Assembly: GCA_051047955.1 (NCBI GenBank)
Contig: JBPGPT010000030.1
Location: forward strand, 1 to 64,000
Source of the DNA: Cystobasidiomycetes sp. EMM_F5
Taxonomy: Eukaryota
Length of the DNA stretch: 64,000 nt
Direction of reading: 5' to 3'
Shown: in pieces, positions 1 to 12,535 of the stretch
How positions within the stretch are numbered: the first letter of the stretch is position 1
How the letters are laid out: each line of letters opens with the position of its first letter
The notes under the pieces: generated by a model
What the model saw: only the letters and a program-made list of their open reading frames with translations
Told to the model about the DNA's origin: nothing
The model's database searches: none
Made by a program: the position numbers and the translations under genes

Positions 1-167
1 GTCGATACGATGCCGTTTGTCCAGCTACAACAGCTTGGGAACTACACAAAGCATGGCCTGAGGCCGAATTCTTCATGATTGCGGATGCTGGACATAGTGC
101 TAAAGAGCCAGGCATTGCTAAAGCGCTGGTTGAAGCTACGAATAAGTATGCAAAGCTCGAGTGTTGA
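1..167 (+). CDS. Proline iminopeptidase, 3' end (partial)
   Basis: Frame from nt 3 reads RYDAVCPATTAWELHKAWPEAEFFMIADAGHSAKEPGIAKALVEATNKYAKLEC*. GRYD..CP (catalytic Asp) and AGHS (catalytic His) match the S33 proline iminopeptidase C-terminus. Not in the ORF track. Confidence 0.85.
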   Translation, partial: RYDAVCPATTAWELHKAWPEAEFFMIADAGHSAKEPGIAKALVEATNKYAKLEC

Positions 168-280
168 GAAGCGTGTCTCTCTTCGCAGATGTACTTTAAG
201 CATAAATTTTGTCTTGCTCGGACTGTTGCATCGAGCTGGCATCGATTGTTGCCAAGATTACAGCGATACTTCGCCGCGGA

Positions 281-3200
281 TTACACTTGTTGGGCACTAG
301 AAAATGGATCCACCTTATCGCCATGACTTCCTCGTCCTCGGCTACTCATAACGTTGCCACGCGGACGCCTGAAGTTGGCGCTGCCTCGGCCTCTTGCGTT
401 GCCAAAGTGAGGAGCTTCACTGGCTTGCGGGATACCTGCAGCTGAGTTTGCATGGCCATTTAACTGGCCGTTACCACCAACGTTACCACCTCTTCCTCTC
501 GGCGCACCGCTACCGATACCGCCTCGAGACCCTCTGAAACCGCGGCTGGCAGTTGAAGGGGCAGAGTGCACGAGCTCCGGGGGTGGCGCAACACTTGAAT
601 AATTCTGCTTTTGCGTCGGGGGCGGCCGACCCTCAATATTGTTTTGGGCAACATTGTACCGCCCGCCGGACAGGTTCGACAAGAGGCTGGCTTGTTGCGA
701 GGGCGGTCCAGAGTATGCTTCTGCTAAGTTGCCTGTTGCTGCCGCGGAATACTTACCAGTGGCGTCCCCGCGATTCAATATCTGTACTGGTCCGCCTCGG
801 CCGCGACCGCGAGTAGAATTATGCTGATGAGGTGTAGAATGACCCCGATGTACAGTACCTCTGTATGATGGATGGGAACTGGCGGAGGCAGTATGGCCAT
901 TCATTGCAGTGCTTTGTGAAGCTCCTGTAGGACGTATACTGGCTAGCGGTTGACCAGAGCTGTTCTGCACATACTGCATGTCACTGATATTGAGGATTTG
1001 GGATGGCAGCACGCTTGAGCCGCGATATTGCGAGCATCTGCGATGATCGTCAGGAGTCAGCTTGCAAGCGGCGTGTCGTTACTGAATCGACCGCACCTGC
1101 CGCCGAGCGTAGAACCGCCCATGAAGGCAATGTCGAAAACCACATCCACAAAGCCAGCTTGGATGCCGACCACAACACCTTTGACAGCCAAAGGTACACT
1201 GCCACTCTCCTGGACCATGATGACCCGATCGCCAACGGAAAATCGTTGATGTTGGAGACGGCTTGCAGCATGTTCGGGTTTAAGGGCCGCACGGCGCGGG
1301 ATATTCTTGAGGATTGTATTCTTCATCGTAGCTGGACTCTTGGCAGCATAGAGGCGATTCTGCAACTCCTCGATCTGACCAACTGCCGCTTTCTCCATCT
1401 GATCAGAATACAGAGAGACCTTCTCCAGTTCGCGAACCCCTTTCTCCTTTATCCATTCTTTCAAGGCGGTCAAGCGCGCGTCGGTGTTTTGAGAGAAGAA
1501 GTCCGCAGCCTTCGTGACGTCGCGCTTTGAATCCAACGCCGCAATGACTTCGGGGAATCTATCCTTGTACTCTTGAACCAGAGCTATTGCCTTTTCGCTA
1601 AACTCCCAGCCGTGCTCGCTGCGCTGGGCATATCCGAGTACCTTTTGGCTCTTAGCTTCGAACTTGAGGTTCAAGCCAACATTGACTCTTCCGCTGGCGC
1701 CGGATACTTCCATCATCAGGCCGGATGTGAGTTTCGAGAGTGCAAGCGCCGACATGCGAACTTGTTTGCACACTTGGAAGGACGGGAAATAGCGCTCCTG
1801 CAGTCGTTTCGAAGCGAGAGAAGCGAAGAGATGAGGTTCCTGCCGGTCCGATAGGAAATACTAGATGGAAAACAAGGATTTAGCGCAGATATGTGGGAAA
1901 TATGATACAGCCACGTACAGCTGCCTGCAGCGTGATTTTACCTTGATCGTGACCAAGAATGATTGAAGGTGTACCGTAACTATTCGCGCCAAGGTAGAAA
2001 GTTTTCGTGCCGATAGGGAACTCTTCCTCTATCGGCATAGGTGGCTTTTCCTCATACCGCGGATCCTGATGCGACACTTGCAATACCATAGTCTGGATAG
2101 CATGGTCCGCTTCTGTTTCGCTCCACTCTTTCACTAGCGCTCCGTCATCAAGTCGCTTCAAGCCATTCAGGAGCTTGACATGAGCAAGTACTTCCACGCG
2201 ATCTGTTTCCACAGCGAAACGTTTCGAGTAGACGTGTTCGACTTTGCCAGCCGCACGTCGCCATTTCTCGCGCTGATCTCCGCTGTGGATTTGTGGCTGT
2301 ATGGCGCCAGTAGTCTCATTCAGGACGTACTTACGTTCTTCATCCGATATACCAATAACGATAGCTTCTCGAAGAAAAGGCCATCCGGCAAATGCATGCT
2401 TGCCGACGACCTGATGCGCGATCTGATCGACAGCAATGCCATCGTAGTTGTTGTCAATATCAATCACGACAGACTCGTTCCGCGAATCTGCTTGGAAGAC
2501 GTTGACAGAGTGATATGCAATCTTCGACGTATGCGGCAATGTATGAAGGGAAGGAAAGCCTGGTAAGGCATCCTTACCGAGCAGAGCGCCTTCACACAGT
2601 CCTTTCACAAGCCGGAGACCGCCAAGGGTGGGTAAATTGAACACCTCCATTCGACAGTGAGAATTATGCAGATCTGGGAAGAAGCCAGGCGACGACGAGG
2701 GGTACGATCCGACGTAAGCTGGGTCGTAGATAAAAGTGTATGAGTCGCCGAATGAGTTCCGTTGTCGCTCCTCCTCTGTCAGCCGATTATCGCGAGTAGC
2801 CATTGTCTTGACCAGTCTGTCGGCATCTAGAAATGGGATCTTTACAATAGCCTCCCAATCTTGCTTTTTGCCGTTCAAGTCTTGTTCGAACTCCAAAGGG
2901 TAAAAGTCAATGATCGGAGAGGATGGATCCAGCATAAGATCCTGTATCACGAGTCAGACTTTTCCACGCCTATCCGTAAACATCGGGCCCACTCGATATG
3001 GAATTGGCACAAGAGCATTACTCAGTCCTGGCAGAACACCCATGAGCTGTTGGAAGGGCTTGAAGGGGGTATTGATGTCGAAATCAAAGTGCATGTCCTC
3101 GGCTTTGACGAGATCTGTTGAGGCAGTGTGAATCGAGGACAGTCGCACGTTATTGACGCAAATAGCTTACCGGAAATTTTAGGCGAATAGTGGTACGGGT

Positions 3201-5199
3201 AGTACCAACTCCACGAGGCGACTCCGTCATAATAATAGTGTAGCACCCACTGGATGCCTTCGATATAGGCAAATGCCATATCCGCAAGAGATTTGGGCTC
3301 CTTACTGATGTCGAATTCGAGCTTGCCCTTGTAGTAGTCCAGCTTCCATTTGTACATTTTCTCCGTCACAAACGCCTGATAGTCCTTTTCGTGTTCGGTG
3401 CTCGATTTGACAACTTCTTTGGCGTTGGGAGCCTTTGCATATTTCGCAAATATCCGCTCTACCGCTTCTTGCCATTCGCCTGTATACTCTTGTTCGACCG
3501 GCTGTGCCTGGGCGTGACCTTTCATCTTTCCGTTCACGTGCATTGACTGCACCAGATCTGCTGTATTCGCAACTTCATCATGTCCATTTTCGTCTACGTC
3601 CTCCCACTCCTCTCCGTCGTCTACACCATTTGCAGAGGCACTGCCGTCATCTTCTTCCTCAGCTTGCTCGTCGAGCAACATCTCCACTACTTCTTTACTG
3701 AGACGTATCACGATAATGGGTTCGTCATTACTATCATACTCGTCAAAGGAAAGATCGAGCTTGAGCTCTTCACCCAGCTTCTGTAAGAACTCCACATCAT
3801 GTGACTTCAGGTCAGATGGTAACTCCAATTTAGCTTCCAGGCTGGGCTCGTGCATGTTACTGAGAATGAACGTCTTGATACTGGCCAGCAGTTTCCGCTG
3901 CGTCGGTGTCACTGAGAGTTTGCCTTTCGCCCTTTTGTTCCCTGCGTTTTGAGCCGTGCGTCCAGCATTCTTTACACGCAACCAACTTGAATCGGCAAAC
4001 TCTTCCTCGAACTTCTCTCGCTCAAATTCCGCAAGCTGATCGAGCACTAGCTGTAATCGGCGCGTATTGAGCAGCCCGTGCTCATTGAGGTAACCGCCAG
4101 CGGTTGGGATGATTCGTTTGTAAATCTCGAATAACAGGTTTAGTGCTCCTTCAGCAATATGTAAACCAGGAAGATGTGGTAAGAAATCGTTGCCTATGAA
4201 TATTGCTAGAAGTATAAAGTCATCAATGATTCGTTCGAGGTCGTAAGGGTTGTCGGCTGGCATGGCCTCTTTCAAGTCCGCAAACTCGATGTCGAGGTAT
4301 TCTCTCATGAGACTGAGGTGCATCAGGTAAAAGTTTGTGCTTTCGAGCCCCTTCTTGGAGGCTTTCGCTTTGGCTGGCCCAAACAGAACCTCCTCTCGTA
4401 ACAAGCAGAAGTGCGGATCGTGCGATAGAAGACCAAGCATAATGAGATCGGCATCCAAGCCATATAGACAATGTCGCGTGTTTGGATCATACTCGGGTTG
4501 TGCTTTGGCTAGTCGAATGTATTCCATAATCTTGTGTTCACCTTCACCCGGAACCTCGTGGCCGGATAGAACAACTTGAACGCCGCGCCAATTTGCATCC
4601 TCGCTGATCTTCTTGTTGATGAAGTAGCGCAGGTTGGCCGTCAAGCGAGCCATGAACGGCGTGCCGGGCGTAATCATATTGCTCTGAAACGCATCGCCGT
4701 CGTCCTCTGGGATATCTTCTCCTTTCCGCTTTGCTTCAAGAATGCGATCATTTATCTCCTTTGCTGCTCTAAAACGCCTACTCCGCTGCTGGTTCATCTT
4801 TGCTCTCGGCGCCACACCATCGATGGCCATAAAGAACAGCTTGCGTGGCTTGATCTTGCTGAAGAGGTGCTCGATGTAGGCGAAGACGTTGAGGAATATC
4901 TGCTCTTCCGTTATCCGAAAGTGGACGTCCTCGTTGTTGTTGTGCGAGCAGTTGTGTATGATGCCATTCATGTCGAGGTACAGGTTGTCTAGTCCACCAG
5001 CCCGCCAGACGAAGCACCGTCAGCACGACTGCGCACAAATCGTGCAAGGGACCTGCCCACCAAACTCTGGTATCCTGTCCTCCTCGATGAGCTGCGAAAT
5101 GAGCGGATACCGCTCCGACAGCCATCGGAAAGCCTTTGGGATACTGCGAGTCGAGACATTAGCACAGCGCAGGTCAGACATCTCGATGTCGCACCCCAT
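281..5199 (-). CDS. XRN1: 5'-3' exoribonuclease 1 (multi-exon)
   Basis: Spliced start MG|IPKAFRWLSERYP...DNLYLDMNGIIHNC; motifs DGVAPRAKMNQQRSRRF, GEGEHK, YGLDADLIML, GNDFLP and PFQQLMGVLP; SH3-like region and RGG-rich tail. Confidence 0.97.
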
Positions 5200-5330
5200 G
5201 ACTGCACAAGTAGGTAATTTGCTGCGGCTTGATCTGAGTCTCAGCTTCGTGCGGATGCAAGCAGCCTCAGCCAGATCGTGTACCTTTGCTTCAAACGATG
5301 CTCTGACACGACTTTGCCAAATTGCTAATA

Positions 5331-6771
5331 ATGCAAGGCTCGACTGATGCCTCGACGTCCAGACTGCCTCCGCCTGCTGTTCCGCTGGCCGTGCGACATT
5401 CTTCATCGACGACCGGGTCTCCGGTAAAAGGCAAGGCGACCATTCGCGGACATGATAATGAGATCCGCAAGTCTACGCAGTGGAGCTCTGTATTGCGGTC
5501 TGGGATAGCGGGCGGCTTTGCGGGTTGCATCGCGAAAACCTCTGTCGGTGAGCCTGTCATCTCAAGATCCGGCAGACATCATCCGCACAAATTGACACAG
5601 ATTTCCCATACTGGCAGCCCCGCTGGACCGCGTGAAGATTCTCTTTCAGACTGCGTCTCCTCAGTATGAAAAGTATTCCGGTGCGCCAAGTCGCAGTTAT
5701 CGCTCATTGCAGACCAATTGACCGTACTGCACTGCACCAGATTCGTGGACTGGTGTCTTTCGGGCAATGAACCAGGTAAGGCTACAGAAACGTCTGCCCG
5801 CATCTCACTAACCAAACGTTATCATTCTAGATATGGAAAGAAGCGGGCGTACGGGGTCTACTGCAAGGCCATTCGGCAACACTGTTAAGAATATACCCAT
5901 ACGCTGGCATAAAATTCATGGCGTATGAGCTTTTTCACGGCGTCAGTGTTTTGTGTAGGACAATACAAAAAGGTGGACATGAAGGCGCTGACAAATACAT
6001 GTCTGATTTCTCTAGGTCCTCATGCCATCTCCAGAGGATGTCACGGGTCTCCGACTGTTTACAGCTGGTGCAGCTTCTGGCGTGACGTCGGTACTCATAA
6101 CATATCCGTTGGAGCTGATACGAGTCCGTCTTGCATACGATCGACGGCTGCCACCGGATCAGCTAGCCGGTCGCAGTGTCTTGCTATACTCCATACGAAA
6201 GATCTACCATGAAGGAGATGCGCCTTTATGGGCAACGGCAAGTTCTGCACCCAGTCTACCGTCTGGCTCGCCCTCTATGCATTCGGCGATTGCAGGCACC
6301 TCTGCTCCATATTTCAAGAATCCATCAAAAGCCGTCCTCATCTCATCTACCCTTTTTCAGCGCTTTCCTGTACTCAAATTCTACCGAGGATTTGTCGTCA
6401 GCATGATTGGTATGGTGCCATATGCTGGCACATCCTTCTTGGTGTGGGGATGGTTGAAGCGCAGATTCGACAAGGATACTCGGCAATCATCAACGGCCGT
6501 CAATCTCGGATGTGGAGCGTTGGCCGGGGCAGTAGCACAAACAGCTAGCTATCCGTTCGAGGTTGTTCGCAGGCGGATGCAAGTTGGCGGGTTACTACGC
6601 CCGGATCGCTTCTTTGGCTTTTGGGAAACGGTCAACTTTATATACAAGAGGAGAGGCTGGCAGGGCTTCTTTGTAGGCCTGTCAATTGGATATCTAAAGG
6701 TGGTGCCACTTACGGCAATCAGTTTTGCATCGTGGGAGGCAGTAAAGAAGATCCTCGGAGTTCAGACATAG
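5331..6771 (+). CDS. LEU5: Mitochondrial carrier, CoA transporter type (Leu5/SLC25A42-like)
   Basis: Three carrier signatures (PLDRVK, PLELIR, PFEVVR); spliced QGHSATLLRIYPYAGIKFMAYE closely resembles Leu5; four introns. Confidence 0.88.
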
Positions 6772-6843
6772 ACGAGACGCCTCCATCAATGTACACTGTT
6801 GGCATGATAACAATGCGGATGCTACGTTTAATTTCACAACATG

Positions 6844-7951
6844 CTAGCGTGCTCGAAACTGCTTCGGGTCCGTGTTCCTTGACGCCGGAGTTGCAACATC
6901 TACAAACCGCATTCTTCTTTCTGAATGACGCCGCGTTACGCGTTTGTTGACTTTGGTGATTGCAGCCTTTTCGGATTTCCGTATAGAATATCTCAGCTTT
7001 GCATCGTACGCTGCGTCCTCCCTCTCTTTTGGCGAGACGTGTTTCTGGTCGAGCAGCGTCTCCACCTCTTGCACTTCTGCCTGATTCTCATCATCGACCA
7101 TTCTAAACTGCGCCTTTCTCGGTATCTTGAATGCTGATTCCCCTTCCCCAGCTTCTCCGTGCACTCGCGTCTCGACAGCACGATACGCACCGATGCCCGA
7201 CCGTCCGTCCGATACACCGAGTGCTTGCTCCATGCCCACCAGAAATTTCATCTGCAACTCGTTGCCGCTCTGTCGGAGGTTGTGTTCGAGCGCCTTTAGC
7301 CGTACGATGGCTCGTACACGATCGATAGAGAGTCCGTGCGTCTGAGACAGTCGACGAACATGATACGTCTCGCTCTTTGCTGGTGCGCCATCTTGCTCGC
7401 CCGTGCCCTGTTGGTTTGCGATCCGAATCGAGTGAAGGAAGCCTTCGTATATCCGCTGTTTCTGCTCGTTGGAGATGGGAGTTGGAGGACGGAACGACTT
7501 GTTTAATGGGAATGGCTGTGGTGGCTTCATAGTTAGCTAACGGTTGCTCTATTGCAGCAATTTCGAAATAACTGCTAACAATATTTCCGCCGAGCCAGTT
7601 TGTCCTGCCGACCATGGGCCGTTTGAACGAGCGACCATCTTTACTGAGCCAGGCTGTGAGTCGTGGGTAGCCTCGCTGATATGCCGACGATTCGTCTGTC
7701 CCCTCCGTCTCACCGCTCAATTCCAGAGCAGGCGAGTCTGAGTCCTGCGCTGCGGCAGGACTGGATTCGACGGGTGTGAGATGTCCACCGTCACCGTCGG
7801 CGCTGGACTTGTCTCCTGCCTTCGACGAAGCTTGACGGCGGTTCCCTCGAATCAGCAGAGTGCTCGAAACTTTTGACGTCGAAGGGCGAGCCTGGACTGG
7901 GCGACGGGCTATTCGACCGCAGACGCAGCCGACACTTTTGAAGGTGTCCAT
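6844..7951 (-). CDS. Mitochondrial small-subunit ribosomal protein mS45 (Mrps35/Bot1 family)
   Basis: Arg-rich presequence, then NWLGG..|PFPLNKSFRPPTPIS...LSQTHGLSIDRVRAIVRLKALE; one intron. Confidence 0.8.
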
Positions 7952-8144
7952 GAGTGTATTCAGAGCAGTGATAGCTGCCTTGTGATTGATAGGGATGAGC
8001 AAGACCTGTGATAAATGGCTGATCGCAGTCCAGCATCCACGCTGGTCTGCTATGCATCAAGTCTGAGTAACTACTTGAAACCTGCGATATTGAATCAAAC
8101 TGCACGCCTGTCAAATAGTGACGACTATCTGCTGAGTGCCCGCC

Positions 8145-11100
8145 ATGGTCGGCTACAGCAATCTCAAAAGTAAGGCCAGGCGCGGTGGATAATGGACGTG
8201 GTTGCTGATTTGGCGTGGACGCTGTTTGCAGCGCTCATCAAGGCAATAGTGCGTCGCATGAATGGCTCGAATGTCCCGCCAGCACGCTTGTCTGACCCTT
8301 ATGTGCACGTCGTTCACAGCGCGCCTGCAAGACGTTGGCCGACGAGCGAGCAGTCATCGTAAAGGAGAGCGCAGCCATTCGCACGTCCTTCAAGGAAGAA
8401 GACACGTATGCGCGTCACCACAACATTGCCAAACTCCTCTACATCCACATGCTCGGCTATCCCGCACACTTTGGTCAGATTGAATGTCTAAAGCTCGTCG
8501 CGAGTCCGAGATTCGCAGACAAGCGGCTAGGCTATCTGGGTATCATGATGCTCCTCGACGAAAATACAGAAGTCCTCACACTCGTCACAAACTCGCTCAA
8601 AAAGTACGTCTGGTCTTTGTCTGCAAGCTTCGGTACCTGACATGCGGAACCTCCCCAACAGCGACATGAATCATTCAAACATGTACATCGTTGGACTGGC
8701 GCTATGTACCTTTGCCAACATTGCATCAGAAGAAATGTCCAGAGACTTGGCAAACGAAGTCGAAAAGCTAATTGGCTCGAGCAATACGTACATTCGCAAA
8801 AAGGTGCGCATGTTCTCATTACCAAACTCCTCGCCTGCAACTCTTACTGTGCGATGGGTTCTTCACAGGCCGCGTTGTGTGCAGTGCGTATCATCCGCAA
8901 AGTCCCCGACTTGCTCGACCATTTCGTATCCCGCTCGACGTCTCTATTATCGGATCGGAACCATGGAGTATTACTTTGCGGTGTGGTTTTAGTGACAAAC
9001 ATGTGTGCGATAGACAACGACACTCTTCTTGGATTCCGAAAGGTAATACAAACGCATAATTGTCCCTGCCAACGAAACACCACACTGACAGTCGTTTTGC
9101 CAGGCCGTACCCTTACTAGTCCGGCACCTGAAAGCTCTCAGTCAAGCTGGTTTCTCTCCAGAGCATGACGTATCTGGCGTAACTGATCCTTTTTTGCAAG
9201 TTAAGATCATTCGGCTGTTACGACTTCTTGGCAAGGGGGACAGTGAAGCCAGCGAGGCCATGAATGATATGCTCGCGAACGTGGCGACCAACACCGATTC
9301 CACAAAGAATGTCGGCAATGCCATTCTCTACGAGACGGTCCTGACTGTATTGGAGATTGAAGCAGAGTCTTCCCTTCGCATCATGGCCATCAACATTCTT
9401 GGAAAATTTCTCAGCAACAAGGACAACAATATACGCTATGTTGCGCTCAATACGCTAAACAAGGTCGTAACTATCGATACGAATGCTGTGCAAAGGCACA
9501 GATCCACTATACTCGATTGCTTACGTGATGGAGACATCTCCATACGCAGAAGGGCGCTGGAATTGTCTTACGCACTCGTCAACGACTCAAATGTCCGTGT
9601 CCTGACGCGAGAATTGCTGGCGTTCCTTGAAGTGGCGGATTCAGAGTTCAAGCTGGGCTTGACGACCCAGATATGCCAAGCAGCGGAACGGTTTGCTCCA
9701 AATAAGCGATGGCATATCGATACCGTGCTACGTGTCCTCAAATTGGTCGGCATGACATTACTACGTAGTATGTGCGACGAGAGACTGATATCTATACGTT
9801 GCAGGCTGGCAATTTCGTGCGCGAGGATGTGCTTTCCAGCTTCATCCGCTTGGTTGCACACACACCGGAATTACAAGCATACACCGTACAGAAGCTCTAC
9901 CAATCACTTCGCGCAGACGTCTCTCAAGAGTCGCTAACGTTGGCCGGAGTGTGGATGATTGGAGAGTATGGCGATGTCTTGCTGACGTCACCCGCCATCA
10001 GTGCTCCAGTCGACGAAGGCGCGACTGATGGCATAGACGGCGTTGCGAACGCCGTTCCTGAGCAGATACAGGGTGTGGACGTGGTAGACCTCCTCGAGAA
10101 TGTTTTGTCATCACCCTACGCAAACACGATAATTCGACAGTATGTCGTTATTGCGGCTACCAAGTTCTCAACGCGATTACAAGAAGTCGCGCCCGGTCAA
10201 GAGTCCCTGAGGCAACGTCTCGAAAGCTTGGTCAAAGGCTTCAATACTTCTATTGAACTAGAAATACAGCAGCGATCTGTCGAACTCAGTGTGCTGTTGT
10301 CGACTTTCGACAAGCAGACAGCTATGGGCGTGCTCGAGCGGATGCCGCCTCCTGAACTCAAAGCGAATGTCATGGGTACAGGTCCGTTGACGCTAGACTC
10401 CAGTGGGAGACTTGTGGATGCTAACATGCAGGATTCTAGTCTCCGAGAAGCGCGCTGTTGGGAGCACTCGTGCCGACAAGGACTCGCTGCTGGACTTGAC
10501 GAGCGATGATACAGTGGCGTCACCAAGAGCCAATGTGAAACCGCAGACCATTTCTCAAGACCTCCTTGCTGACTTGTTCAGCGGGATCGATATTGCCCCG
10601 TCGACACCGGCGACGGTAGCAGCTGCGCCCAGTCGGAACGGTGTGAACGAGATCATGTCCCTTTTCGGTGGTGATGCAGCACCTACCGGGAACGGCATCG
10701 CTGCCACTTCTGTCGATCCAGCAGCTGGTGCTGCAGGAGGTATGCCAGCGGACTTGTTTGCAAGCAGTAGCACACCAGCAGCTTCCACTCCATCCTCATT
10801 CGTCGCTTTCACTTCATCAGTATCTGGTCTTCAATTATCGTTTCTGCCAACCAAAGATGCCTCAAAGCCCAACATCGTCAACATCACAGCTAAATTTACT
10901 GCTTCGGCTAGTACATCGGGTCCTCTCCAAGGTATCAGTTTCCAGGCAGCTGTGCCAAAGACAATGAAATTGCAGATGATGGCAATCTCCAACGCGGACT
11001 TGGCTCCGAGCGGAGAAGCCACGCAATTGTTGCGCGTGATGGTTCCTCCCGGCGGCCAGTTGCGCCTGCGTCTACGGATAGCATACACATATCAAGGCCA

Positions 11101-11149
11101 ACAGCAGCAAGAGCAAGCAGATTACGCCTTCCCTGCAGGCGCTATCTGA
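8145..11149 (+). CDS. APL4: AP-1 complex gamma adaptin
   Basis: [53 protein letters not shown] and a C-terminal ear domain ([13 protein letters not shown]); multiple introns including a 17-nt exon. Confidence 0.96.
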
Positions 11150-11281
11150 GATGCGAAGGCACTGCGATTTGTTTCTTCTGTCGTCGAGCAGAAGATCGGG
11201 CTGATTGGATACAGCCCGAGATGCAATAGTCCGGGAGTCAATGTTGTCATGTTTATTGTTCTCAGTGAGAGTGTCAAAGCA

Positions 11282-12331
11282 TTACTTTCCGCGCTTGCTT
11301 CGTCGTGGCCCATCAACAGGGTCAACTTCTGCCTGGCGCTTACTGCCGCGACGAATCTGAACCGTGGCGTGTGTTTCGACCTTGTCCGGCTCTTCAGGGA
11401 GATCCATCGTGGCAAGTGGCTGCGATGTGTCCCAATCTGACCGTACCTGCACTTGACCTTCGTCACAGAAGATGATGCTTGTCTGAGGCAATTTTACATG
11501 TACTTCAAGTTGCGAAAGCCAGTTGCGGGCCATGTGTGCAGCTTGCATACCCATAACGTCCGCTGCTTCGGCTTTGGTCATGCCTTTTACTGCGCGTGTA
11601 AGGCTCATGCCGTGATCCGCACCATCGACGATGATAGTTGAGGAAGTGAAAGGTAGATCTTCTGCCTGAAGAGTCACAAATTGCTCGGTCGGGCACATAT
11701 CATCTTCGCTTCCGTGAACAAAGAGGACCCGCAAAGAGCTCGGCAGATCCATCAACACCTGCTTTCGGGCGGCTTCGCCATTTCCAATGAGTGGATACGA
11801 TTGAAGGATTAGAGTATCAATTTTGAGTGAGTTGACCTCTGCGGCAGCTATCGCAGCAGCTCGACAACCCATGCTTCGACCGGCGAGCGTGATTCGTTGC
11901 ACAATGGCAGATCTGGAAGCCCATTGTATGACTTGAGCAAACGCTGTTGCGCGGGCCTTGAGATTACTGCTGCCATCGAAGCCCAGAACGACCAATGCTG
12001 GCGTCTCCGCTATTGACCCGTCTCCCACAAGTCCTTGACATAGCCGCGATGCCGCTGGAGATAGACATGTTCCTCCAGCACCGTGCGTGAATATGACTAG
12101 ATGCACTTGGTCTGGAAGCGAATCCAAGTGGGACGTCCATAAGTGTGCTTTGATTGTCGGCTTGCTGTCTGACCTATCGATGTTTACGCTGAATGGGCTC
12201 TCCCGTTGACCAATGCATGTATTTAGTACTGATTCTACGGTAGCGGGATTGGTCTCCTCGTCTGATTTGGACATGTACAGATTAGATGGAGTCAGGCACA
12301 GTCCATTGATGCTGAAAAAGACGCGATACAT
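11282..12331 (-). CDS. Alpha/beta hydrolase, Tex30/KANSL3-like
   Basis: HGAGG, nucleophile GRSMG, SYPL, GSEDD and GADH motifs; basic C-terminus PRRSKRGK; alternative start ATG at 12274. Confidence 0.8.
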   Translation of the reverse strand: MYRVFFSINGLCLTPSNLYMSKSDEETNPATVESVLNTCIGQRESPFSVNIDRSDSKPTIKAHLWTSHLDSLPDQVHLVIFTHGAGGTCLSPAASRLCQGLVGDGSIAETPALVVLGFDGSSNLKARATAFAQVIQWASRSAIVQRITLAGRSMGCRAAAIAAAEVNSLKIDTLILQSYPLIGNGEAARKQVLMDLPSSLRVLFVHGSEDDMCPTEQFVTLQAEDLPFTSSTIIVDGADHGMSLTRAVKGMTKAEAADVMGMQAAHMARNWLSQLEVHVKLPQTSIIFCDEGQVQVRSDWDTSQPLATMDLPEEPDKVETHATVQIRRGSKRQAEVDPVDGPRRSKRGK

Positions 12332-12535
12332 TATCAGCTTGAGCCGGCTCTATAGCTACTACTGAGTTCTCTAATAACAATGGACTGCTACTACTCCGTG
12401 TGATGCATAGCCCGCCTCCTGCTTTCCCCAAAACAAATACAACGACATTGTCACTATCATTATGTACGGACTTGTCTATTGGCGCGGTGCTTGACCATAT
12501 TCATCTGCAAAGACAATGATCAGCGTGCAAAATGC

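Noticed and set aside
146..300. Alternative 43-nt intron giving the iminopeptidase a new C-terminus overlapping the XRN1 end
   Set aside because: No good branch site, and the unspliced ending fits the family.
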